Below are positions 30,198 through 39,300 of a DNA stretch of 64,000 nucleotides, piece by piece. The position numbers and the translations under genes were made by a program. The DNA is taken from IMG/VR virus record IMGVR_UViG_3300017528_000567, positions 62,001 to 126,000 of that record; one strand, 5' to 3'. A model generated the notes under the pieces. The model had not been told where the DNA came from, ran no database searches, and saw only the letters and a program-made list of their open reading frames with translations. Positions within the stretch are counted from its first letter, which is position 1. Every line of letters starts with the position of its first letter.

Positions 30198-31067
30198 TTA
30201 GGCCCCGCGCAAGTCGTAGCTTGCGTGCAGAGTGTACTCCTCGAACTCTGCTGCGTAGCGGGATGAACCGGCCTTGAGCGCATCGATGAGCATGCTCGCC
30301 TGACTTTTCGATAGGCCGCGGACCTCTGATGGCTTCGTGGGCGGCGTATCCATGCCCGTGACCTTGGCGGCGCCTGTCGCCTCCCACTTATCCTGCGTCA
30401 TGCCGCGCATCAGGATGCGCAAGAAGTTCATCTGCGGGTCAGTGATCCCGCCCTGCATCCGAGCGGGGTCGTACTGACGAGTCGGCGCAACTGGCGGCGG
30501 TGGAGGCGGAGTGGGAGTACGCGGCCCTTCATCACCCTCACCATCTTCATCGATGGCGCGCTCGCGTTCTTCTTCCAGACGCTCTTGCTCGAGCTTTTCC
30601 TCACGCCGTTGCTCTTGCTTTTCCTCTTGCTCTTGCTCACGCATCGCCCACTCGAGGCTCTTGCCCGGCCTACGTTTAGGTGACGTGGCCCATTGTTCCC
30701 AGGACTCGGGCTTCTCATGGTACGTCTCCATGCACTCCTCGATCCGGTCCTTCAGGGAGTCTCGCCAGTTCTGGGTGCGCTTTGCGATCGCGAACTTGCC
30801 ACCCTCAAGAGCGTTGCCGTCCTTTAGACTGATCAATCCAACCCGGATCGCATCCGAGCCACGCTCAGCCCCGATGCCAGACCTCGCGCGAATGGAGGTC
30901 AAAACCTTGATCCCCACGTAGTGACCCAAGCCCAAGATGAAAACGACTTCGCCCCCGTCTACGGCCTGTTTGGGCCGCATAGCGCGGAAGCTTCTCTTGA
31001 GGAACTTCTCCACTTCCTCAAGAGTGATCTCTGTAAATTGCGCGGCCATCGCCGTTCTTAGCATCAC
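30198..31067 (-). CDS. Hypothetical protein with Glu/Gln/Arg coiled coil and Pro-rich linker
   Basis: 289 aa; start overlaps the helicase stop (ATGA/TGATG); ends ASYDLRGA. Confidence 0.8.
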   Translation of the reverse strand: MMLRTAMAAQFTEITLEEVEKFLKRSFRAMRPKQAVDGGEVVFILGLGHYVGIKVLTSIRARSGIGAERGSDAIRVGLISLKDGNALEGGKFAIAKRTQNWRDSLKDRIEECMETYHEKPESWEQWATSPKRRPGKSLEWAMREQEQEEKQEQRREEKLEQERLEEERERAIDEDGEGDEGPRTPTPPPPPPVAPTRQYDPARMQGGITDPQMNFLRILMRGMTQDKWEATGAAKVTGMDTPPTKPSEVRGLSKSQASMLIDALKAGSSRYAAEFEEYTLHASYDLRGA

Positions 31068-34000
31068 GGTGCCCTCCAGTCATATCCCGCGTCATCCGGC
31101 TCGGACTCTTGCGAAGCAGTGTGTACGTTGTAATAGGCGAGGACCGATCTTGCAGGTGCATCATCGTCGACCAATAGCGGGTCAACGAGGCCAGCGGGCG
31201 CTGCCTTGCCAGGCACGTTCTGGCCGACCATCAACCCAGCTTCCTGGACGAAAATCGGCAGTCCCGCGGCCTCCTTACCATACGCGTTGATGCTCGGACT
31301 CACGACCGTCAAATTTTCCGCTGCGCGAGTCATCCCCACATAGGCCAGTTGCCGCTCTGTAAGAAAGTCTGCGCGCTCATTCTTAGCCCGCTTCTCCAGC
31401 TGGGCGTCAGTCAACGCTTCCTCTTCCTTGGGCGGTAATTTCCGAGGGCCGCGGGGGAACACGCCTTCCGCCATAATCACCGTAGCGTTTTTCCACTGAG
31501 CTCCTTTGACCGAGTGGATTGTTGACAGGACAACACAGGGCGGGTCTTGCCGCTTATCGGGCTCCAGAGCCTTCTGTTTCTGTCTCCATGCGCCTAGGTC
31601 GATACGAAGGTCTTGGGCCTTGGCCTCCAAGTCATCCAAGCGCGCCTTGAACTTCAAAGGGTCAGTCGGGTCTGCCTCAGCTGTCGGTTCGCCTTGAGCT
31701 ATCTGATACAGAAACGCAACGTTGCCGATGGGCTTCTGCTCGTTCACGTCCTCATCGGGGTCGTCTTCCTCCTCATCTTGATTTGAGGAGACTTGTGGCA
31801 TCAGCACATCGATCAGACTCGGCTTCTCGCCCGTGTTCAGATCAGCAGCGCCCTTGATGGTCAGAATCTCATCAATCAGATGCTTGGTGGTGTACTTCAC
31901 CGGCTTACCAGTCGCGCGCTCCGTGATTGAGCCCTTCTTGACGGTCTCGCGCAGTCCCTTGAGAGTCTCACCCAACTCCGTAAGTGCGGCGATCTTCGAT
32001 TCCTCCGCCCATCGCGGGACCTCTGCAGCGTCAATGAAGTCGTATATCCCCTCACGGTCAAACAGGTCGATGGGGTTGACTTGGTTGCTCGACACACCCA
32101 GGCGGTGCGCCCGCTTATTGACTACCTGCTGGACTACCTGTTGAGCACGCCCCGCAGGCAGGTACATACGCTGTGGCTTATCGAGAATCGTAGCCAAAGA
32201 CTGCTGCATCTTGCCGAAATCAACGCCGGACGTCAGGTCCATGTAGCCCATCACAGCAGCGGTTTCTGGCGACTTCAGAAAGCTGGTCCCAGCCTTTCGA
32301 CCGTACGGAATGCCCTCAATGATGCACGCCGTCTCGTAGTCGTTGAGCTCAACGCGATTGCGGCTTAGGACGGCGAAATCCTTGAGCTGGGCACCGGCTT
32401 GGAGCTGTTGCTTGATATCCCCGATCACCGAGACAGCCCCGGCGGCGTTACTCTCGGGCGTCATCAACACCACTGAAGCCTTTCCACGGGGCTTCTTCGG
32501 GTCGGGCCGGCTGCTCATCGGGATCCCACGGGGGTGGTTCTTCATGAGCGTGTTAGCCGTCTCAATGATCTCGGGTAGTGAGCGATAGTTGGTCCCGATC
32601 ATGCGGGTCTTGAAGCAGTCGTTTTCGTGAAACTGAGTGAACAGGTCGGGACGAGCTCCAACGAAGCGATTGATCGATTGAATCTCGTCGCCAACCATCC
32701 AAAGCGACTTCTTCTTGTCGTCGCACTCGACGTGCTCACTCATGTAGCCGATGATCTCATGCTGAACCTCGTTGAGATCCTGGGCTTCATCCACGCAAAC
32801 GTGATCGTACATGCCTTGCAGGGTCTTGCGCGCCGCTGGGTTGCGCTTGAGCAAGTCGCGAGCCATCACGATCATGTCAGAGAAGTCACCGAGACGATCG
32901 CTGCCGCCGTTTCGAAACTCGCCAAGAAAGCCATTCCACTGCTTTTGCGCATCGGGATTCGTGGCCACGCAATCCGGTTTCCACCCCTTGGTGATGCCCT
33001 TGAACCCCTGAGTCCAGGCGTACCAGGTGGCCATCGCTTTCTCCTTGGGATCAAGAGCTTCAGCCAACGCCTGCTCGGGCGTGACGTTGTTCATGATCCA
33101 CCCTTGGACTACGACGCCGGGGGAGCGAGGCGGATCCGTGTCGAAGCAGGTCTTCCACAGCTTCGCCATGGTGATATTCATAATGGTCGAGGTGAGCTTG
33201 CGACCGGTGTTCTTCCCCGGCTTCGGCTTACCTACCTTGGAGCCAATCATATTGGGGCCAAGCGCGGCCTTTTCCTCCGAGCTGCCGTACTGCATCACCA
33301 GCCCTCGGAAGATCTTGTGCATCGTTCCGATGGTCATCTGCTCGGCGGCGTCCTTGCCAACCTTGAGAGCAATCTTTTCCTCGATGCCGGTAGCCGCTTC
33401 CTTGTTGAAGGTCACAGCGAGGATGCGAGACGGCTGCACCCCAAGGTCTTGTACGAGGTGCGCCATACGGCCAATCAGCGTGGTCGTCTTGCCCGACCCT
33501 GCACCCGCGGCGACCAGCACGCGGCCACCGGTCATGGCGGCACGGAGCTGCTCCGGGTCATCCGCGATTGGCCCGCGCAACGCAGAGGGCACGTTTGTCG
33601 GAAGGTCCGGGTCACTCATCGCAGCCGCGACAGCTGCAGTGGCGATACCAATGACCTCAGACCGCGAGGGCGGCTCGTCGGGCTCACCCGATACCGCCAT
33701 GGCGCGCTGTGCCGCCGCAGTCGCCGTTGTCTCAACCCGCAGCAGTTTCTCGGTGTGGGCTGCTTCTGCGGTAGCCGCCTCCTCTGAAGCTGGCGGCGCG
33801 ACTTTTTCTCGAATCTTCTCGGTCACGAGCTCGCTGTTTGCAGCTGCAGATCCGCTGCTGGCTGCCTGAACCGGATTCTGAAACGTACCGGCGCCCGACG
33901 CGTCTTTAGCGTCGTCAATCCACTTGCGCATGCGAGCGTCACGTAGGGGAATAACCGCAAGCTTGTCGAGGGCAACGCCCGCATCCTCGAGACCAGCAGC

Positions 34001-34414
34001 GGCCATCGCCTCCTTCACTTCTTTGCGGGCCTTGTTCGTTTGGAACACGGCTTTCATCGTCGAGGCACCGCCAAGCGACAAAGCCGCACGAATTTCCTCG
34101 CAGCGCCGCCCTAAACCGACCTGCGTAGGCAGACGGCGAAACGCGCGCCCCACCATCGCCTTATGCGATGGTTTCTCGAGATTGCTGTCCAAATAGGCGC
34201 GAACCGCATCTGCGTTCCGACGGTCGGCTATTTTGACAAGCCGTACACCTGCACGAGTGAGGTCATCCTCAGCTCGTTCCCCGTGGTGCTCCTCCACGTA
34301 CCGTACATAAGTGTCCAGTGCGAACAGGAACACGACATACTCGGCTACCTGTAACTCGCCGATTTCATCTTCGGCTTGTGGTTGAAGTGTTGAGGGGTCT
34401 ACAGGAGGGGCCAT
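31064..34414 (-). CDS. uvrD: UvrD/Rep/PcrA-family SF1A DNA helicase with ~280-aa N-terminal extension
   Basis: Motifs AGAGSGKT, AVTFNKEAA, GTMHK, VDEAQD, VGDEIQSI, NYRS, STIHSVKGAQW and ERQLAYVGMTRA are all present. Confidence 0.95.
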   Translation of the reverse strand: MAPPVDPSTLQPQAEDEIGELQVAEYVVFLFALDTYVRYVEEHHGERAEDDLTRAGVRLVKIADRRNADAVRAYLDSNLEKPSHKAMVGRAFRRLPTQVGLGRRCEEIRAALSLGGASTMKAVFQTNKARKEVKEAMAAAGLEDAGVALDKLAVIPLRDARMRKWIDDAKDASGAGTFQNPVQAASSGSAAANSELVTEKIREKVAPPASEEAATAEAAHTEKLLRVETTATAAAQRAMAVSGEPDEPPSRSEVIGIATAAVAAAMSDPDLPTNVPSALRGPIADDPEQLRAAMTGGRVLVAAGAGSGKTTTLIGRMAHLVQDLGVQPSRILAVTFNKEAATGIEEKIALKVGKDAAEQMTIGTMHKIFRGLVMQYGSSEEKAALGPNMIGSKVGKPKPGKNTGRKLTSTIMNITMAKLWKTCFDTDPPRSPGVVVQGWIMNNVTPEQALAEALDPKEKAMATWYAWTQGFKGITKGWKPDCVATNPDAQKQWNGFLGEFRNGGSDRLGDFSDMIVMARDLLKRNPAARKTLQGMYDHVCVDEAQDLNEVQHEIIGYMSEHVECDDKKKSLWMVGDEIQSINRFVGARPDLFTQFHENDCFKTRMIGTNYRSLPEIIETANTLMKNHPRGIPMSSRPDPKKPRGKASVVLMTPESNAAGAVSVIGDIKQQLQAGAQLKDFAVLSRNRVELNDYETACIIEGIPYGRKAGTSFLKSPETAAVMGYMDLTSGVDFGKMQQSLATILDKPQRMYLPAGRAQQVVQQVVNKRAHRLGVSSNQVNPIDLFDREGIYDFIDAAEVPRWAEESKIAALTELGETLKGLRETVKKGSITERATGKPVKYTTKHLIDEILTIKGAADLNTGEKPSLIDVLMPQVSSNQDEEEDDPDEDVNEQKPIGNVAFLYQIAQGEPTAEADPTDPLKFKARLDDLEAKAQDLRIDLGAWRQKQKALEPDKRQDPPCVVLSTIHSVKGAQWKNATVIMAEGVFPRGPRKLPPKEEEALTDAQLEKRAKNERADFLTERQLAYVGMTRAAENLTVVSPSINAYGKEAAGLPIFVQEAGLMVGQNVPGKAAPAGLVDPLLVDDDAPARSVLAYYNVHTASQESEPDDAGYDWRAP

Positions 34415-34426
34415 TCTAGGTTCCGT

Positions 34427-34999
34427 TCAGCAGCGTGGAGGTGGATAACAATCAGCCCCTGGAAACCCGGACGGCGGCTGCGGGCACAAGGAGGGTTGGT
34501 CGGGTTGGGTGTTGCCGGGCATCGGCGCGTTCGGGAAAACCCGAATCAGGCGAGCTCTCCAGTCTGGACACAACGCATGGTCCGGGGGCAACGTGCGCCC
34601 ATCTGCCAAGCAGACCCGGTATGAAAGGCAGGTCCAGACGTTCAAAGGGATCGGGATGCTCTTGTCTTCCCAACCCATGACCGTCTCAACAGTCACGCCG
34701 TAGAGCGTGGCCATCTCCTGTTGAGACATCCGCAGCGACTCCCGGATGAAAACAACCGATTCGGCTCGGATCAGCCCCATCTGGATGAGCGTGCTCGCAG
34801 CTCTAAGATTAGAGACCCGATGAACTTCATCGGAGAAGGACGGCCCCCACTCTCGTAGGATGCCAGGCATCGCAGCCGTGAAGATGAGACCAGTAGCGCC
34901 GACCGGCATCAAAAGATCGAACAACCCCATCTTACCCACTTGCTCGGGGTAGTCGTTCTCAAGAACAACAATCGGGTAGTTCGCTAGATCGTCCGCCAC
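34427..34999 (-). CDS. XRE/MqsA-like helix-turn-helix protein
   Basis: FIRESLRMSQQEMATLYGVTVETVMGWE matches the HTH_3 pattern; GAGG RBS before GTG; Cys/Pro-rich tail. Confidence 0.75.
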   Translation of the reverse strand: MADDLANYPIVVLENDYPEQVGKMGLFDLLMPVGATGLIFTAAMPGILREWGPSFSDEVHRVSNLRAASTLIQMGLIRAESVVFIRESLRMSQQEMATLYGVTVETVMGWEDKSIPIPLNVWTCLSYRVCLADGRTLPPDHALCPDWRARLIRVFPNAPMPGNTQPDQPSLCPQPPSGFPGADCYPPPRC

Positions 35000-35077
35000 T
35001 AGGTCGCCTCAACAGCAGAGCCCGCACACCCAGGCGAGAAAACAAGAAAATCACCGAGCAGAGGTGTAGAGGGACCC

Positions 35078-35929
35078 GTGGAGCTCAACGTAAAGATCGA
35101 AACAGCTCTCTCTGGTCTAGTCAGCGACGCAGTGAGCTTCGAAACGGGGCTCACCAGGGACCAACTAGAGGACCCCACAGTTGTCGCGTACGAGCACCAC
35201 GGAGACAGCTTCAGCACCGACGATAAGGGGGCGTTGCCTTGCTTCTTTGAAGACCTCTTGCTCGGGCGGGCGATGCCCGCCACCTTCGCCACGCGCAGAG
35301 TCCAAGACATCGATACGCTGATGGCCATCGCCCTGTTTCTACACCGGGACCTAGCCATCAACGCCAACACGCCAAGCTTCGTGTATTTGGTCGACTTCGT
35401 GCACCGCCGTGGGCTCCCAGCCCTCGCGCACATCGACGTACCGCTGGCTCGATTTCTATCCGCTGTGCGTACCCACTTCCCGGACAAGGGCCTTTCACAA
35501 CGCGAGCTGAGTCAGCGGGTGCCCGCTGCGATTGGCTGGATTCGAGAGTACATCCACAATGGGATCGTCCCTGTTTTGGGGCAACCGGCCAATGGTGAGA
35601 TCAGGATCCTGGACCAGGGAACACGCGGATTCGCCGTTGCCGAGACGTCCGGCTCTCTCTGGGATGGGTGGGTGGAGCTCTATCGACTAGGCTTTCTGCG
35701 CGGCGTGCTGGTCGCCAGCGATGGCGAACGAAAGCGTGCCCTTGTGGCCAGGAAAAGCCATCACGTGCAGTTCAATCTCGAGACCGCCGCCCGCCTACTC
35801 AACCAGATGGAGCTCGCCATGGGAGAGCCCGCCGAATGGCGCGCATCATCAGACCGGCTCTGGCTAGAATCGCCCGCAGGAACTTTGATACTTTTGAAGG
35901 ATATCCTCGCGGTGTTAACCCGAGTGTAG
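35078..35929 (+). CDS. Hypothetical protein, possibly a permuted DHH-like phosphoesterase; the only plus-strand gene
   Basis: 283 aa with globular composition; GAGGG RBS before GTG; AYEHHG and VQDIDT motifs. Confidence 0.7.
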   Translation: MELNVKIETALSGLVSDAVSFETGLTRDQLEDPTVVAYEHHGDSFSTDDKGALPCFFEDLLLGRAMPATFATRRVQDIDTLMAIALFLHRDLAINANTPSFVYLVDFVHRRGLPALAHIDVPLARFLSAVRTHFPDKGLSQRELSQRVPAAIGWIREYIHNGIVPVLGQPANGEIRILDQGTRGFAVAETSGSLWDGWVELYRLGFLRGVLVASDGERKRALVARKSHHVQFNLETAARLLNQMELAMGEPAEWRASSDRLWLESPAGTLILLKDILAVLTRV

Positions 35930-36260
35930 CCTCGACGCGGCGGAGCAGCGCCACATGGTCGAGGCTCAACTCGCAATCATGAATGGTCGACGTCTCAATG
36001 GCGCGCCGGACCTCACGAGCCGCCAAGGGGGCGATGGCAAGGTCACGACTCTTGAAATAGGCTTGGGCGTAGGGGCCGTCCATCCAGACAGAGCAAAGGG
36101 TATGAAGGAGCTCCAGGTCATCGGCAAAAGTGAGGTCTTCATCACGTCCTTCCAAAGCCTTCTTAACCCTCCGGGTTAAGACTTTCCGCAAAGACTTCAA
36201 AAGCCGCCTGAAGACACCATCTCGAAGGAGGTGTTTACTCATGTCGGGCTTCCCGGCCAT
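35799..36260 (-). CDS. Hypothetical protein (153 aa)
   Basis: Fills the gap after the sheath gene, but its 3' end overlaps the plus-strand gene by 131 nt and the GGAGG is far from the ATG. Confidence 0.4.
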   Translation of the reverse strand: MAGKPDMSKHLLRDGVFRRLLKSLRKVLTRRVKKALEGRDEDLTFADDLELLHTLCSVWMDGPYAQAYFKSRDLAIAPLAAREVRRAIETSTIHDCELSLDHVALLRRVEATLGLTPRGYPSKVSKFLRAILARAGLMMRAIRRALPWRAPSG

Positions 36261-36303
36261 TAGTTACACCGACTGCCTCCCGTGAGGGTCCCGGTTAAGT
36301 GAC

Positions 36304-36336
36304 TCGGGGCCACCCCGCGTCTTGGGGTGGCCCCGA
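36304..36336 (-). terminator. 13-bp GC-rich hairpin 22 nt after the sheath gene (terminator or mRNA-stabilising stem)
   Basis: TCGGGGCCACCCC-GCGTCTT-GGGGTGGCCCCGA is a perfect inverted repeat; no U-tract follows. Confidence 0.65.
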
Positions 36337-36358
36337 ACTGCGTCACAATGGCTCGGCC

Positions 36359-39300
36359 TTAGGCCAAGCGCGCACGAAGATTGAAGGTCAACACGATGTA
36401 CAGGAGCGGGAAAATTGGCGAGTAGTACATCTCGAAGCGCAGAATCGTCGGGTCATCTGGGTCGATAGACGCCGTCATTCCTGTGAAGGCACCGACAATC
36501 TCGGCTTCGACCAGCGACCGGAACAAACCGGTCATGGACACCACCACCTCGTTGGTACGAGCTGCCAGGAACTTGGAGCCCACGAAGCTATCCAGGATTG
36601 AGCGACTCTGCTGCTGCACAAAGTCGGCGATTTGGATAACCGTCGGTAGACGCGTCAAGACCGAGGTCATGTTGGTGGTCAAGCCGTGGCGGATCCGGAT
36701 GATTGGATCGAGATCCTCCAGGATCGTCACACCGGCAACCGCTGTCTGGTTGGCCTCGACCGGGTCCAAGACACGCGGGATACGCGTGAAGCCTTGGATA
36801 CGGCGATGCGTGTATGGGGTCGCCACGTCGACCGCTGGGCTCACGATGGCACCAGAAACGGCTGCTGCGTAGAAGCTACCGTCCACGATGCTGTCAAACG
36901 ACGCGCCGAGCTCATCCGTCAAAGTGATGACCGCCGAGTCCGGGTAGAACGCCACGATACGGCTGGAGTTCAGTGCCCGCGCGATTGATTGAACGCTAGT
37001 GGGCGACGTGCCGGACGCGAATCCGATGAAGCCTTGACGCTCGCTCTGGTTGCGCGGATTGCTCTGAATTTCGCAGTGCGACGTGAGGTGCGTATAGACG
37101 CTCGTGCTCGTAGCCAACGGGATCACGATCCCGGGCCGGATGTTTCCGGGCAACGGACTCGCGAGCTCATCAATGGCGGCGTTGAACGCAGCATCTGAAG
37201 CCTGGTTGGTGTTCGGAACCTTGAGAACCTGCTTGATGATGATGAGTACGGCGCCGTTCAAGATCGCCAGATAAGCAGCCAAGGTCACGCGATTCTCTGC
37301 AGAGGTGCGACCGAATGCAGCTTCGATGGTCTTGAGCTGCTGGTAAATCTTGGCTGAGTAGTCCTGCTTGAGATAGCGGTAGGAGATGAAATAGAAGTCG
37401 CCAACCGCTGGCTCAACCCCGCTCGGGTTGTAGGTCACCAGGCTTGCGGTATCGTTCACCCCAACGCCAACCGTATTGGTCACCAGGAGCTCGAGACCGC
37501 CGATTGAGTAGCGCGGAATGGATGGGCTGACATGCCAGGTCGGGGTCACTTCGAGCGTGAACTGTCCGCCCGTCGTGTAAGCGCCAGTAGAGGCCGGAAG
37601 CACCGTGAAGCGCAGGCCCGTGTTGGCATCCGTGTAGGTTTGCCCCGGAATGCCGACGCCCTCCGATCCGCCCGCCGACGCCGAACTGCTGACCGTGTAG
37701 TTCCCCTGGATGTCCTCTCCAATGTCTCCATCGGTGCCAGGTACGATGCCGGTGCCCGTGGTCGGATTGAACGCTGAGTTGGTGGTCGCGTTGAATCCGA
37801 TGCTCGATAGCACACCCGTCGTGAGCGACTCGATCGTGATGTGGTCCCCGCCGCCGATAGACTCGACGTAGGCAACAGCATCTCCCGAGAAGCCGGTCGG
37901 CCCCATCAGCACATTCACGAGTTCCTGAGCCTCGACCAAGCTCTGGCTCGCCGAATCGTTCTGGATGAATCCAAGCACCGCATTTGCAGAACCGGCGTTG
38001 ATCACCAGCGAAGAACCGGGATCGTTGGTCGTGCTCGTGAGACGGACCTTGTTCAGATTCGACCCGGTGCCAACCGAGGCCGCGGTAGCGACCACCCCAT
38101 TGATGTCTGCAACCACCTGCGTTGCCGTCCGGGCAGCACCCGCGGTCAAGGTCACGTTGTAATCGACGCCGTTCAAACGGAAGTTGAACTTGTCATTCAG
38201 GGCAGCCGTAATGTTGAACGGCCCGATCAGCGAACCCAGCAAAGTTGCGGGCTTGTTGATCGCTCCCGATGTACCACTCACGGAGTCGAAAGCTGTGAAG
38301 CCCAGTACGGATTCGACAGTGCCTTGGTCAATCGTAACGTTCGAGCTCGTATCAAACCCGCCTGGCAATGCAGCAGGAGTAACAGTGCTCTTGATGATGA
38401 AGAATACGTCTCCTGTGGCGCCAATCTGTTCGAAGGTGGCGGTAGCAAGAGTACCGGGAGAGGTGGCAGCAGCTAGACCCGTGGTGATGAAACCAGCGAT
38501 GGCAGCGGGCGTCTGCGCTCCAGCCGGGATCGAGATGTCCGGAACGGCAACGCCGTTGATCTTGAGCTTCAGTACGTTTCCTGGAGAGGCCGGAATCGTG
38601 ATGGCGGTCCCACCAAGAGCGGTCAGAGGCACACGCGCACCGACCATAACAGCGGGTGACGCTGTGTTCAGGTTTGCAGTGACAGGATTACCGTCGACTT
38701 CAGTCTCCCAAGTGGCCGAGAACGGGCTGTAGAACGAATACGGGGCCGCGCCCTTGTTCGTGAAAGCTGCGTTCGTCGCGGGCGCCTCACCGAACGTGAC
38801 GGTCACCACCTCGGAAATCGGCGTACCATCTCCCGTGTGAAACGCGTCGGGGATCAGCTCGACACCGCGAGGCCACTGCACAATCTGAGAAAACCCTGTC
38901 TTGGTTCCGAAGCGGACCTCGAACAGATTCTTGTTCTGCGTGCTCGAGAATACCGTGTACTGGCCAGCACCAACTGCCCCAGGTACGACGTTCGTAAAGA
39001 TATACGTGTCGTCTACCAGACGGCTGTAATAGAAGGTCGCATACGCATGATAGTCAGGAGGCTGTGAGGCCTTGAGTTTGATGCGACGGGTCGTGCCGTC
39101 GACCTCAAGAACCTCGACGGCCGGGCGATTCAGCGCGTCTCGCAACGTGCGGCCCGTGTAAACCTTCACGAGGTCGGGGCGATTCGTCACCAGATCTTGC
39201 CGGCTGTTGGCAACGGAGTTGAACGTGCTCAGACCCAGCGCGGTGCTGCGCCCATTACCCGTGGTCGGAACCTCAGGCAGCAAATAGTCCGTCGGAGATA

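Noticed and set aside
34427-34999. MqsRA-type toxin-antitoxin pair
   Set aside because: The HTH lacks the N-terminal CxxC Zn domain and no toxin ORF lies upstream on the same strand.
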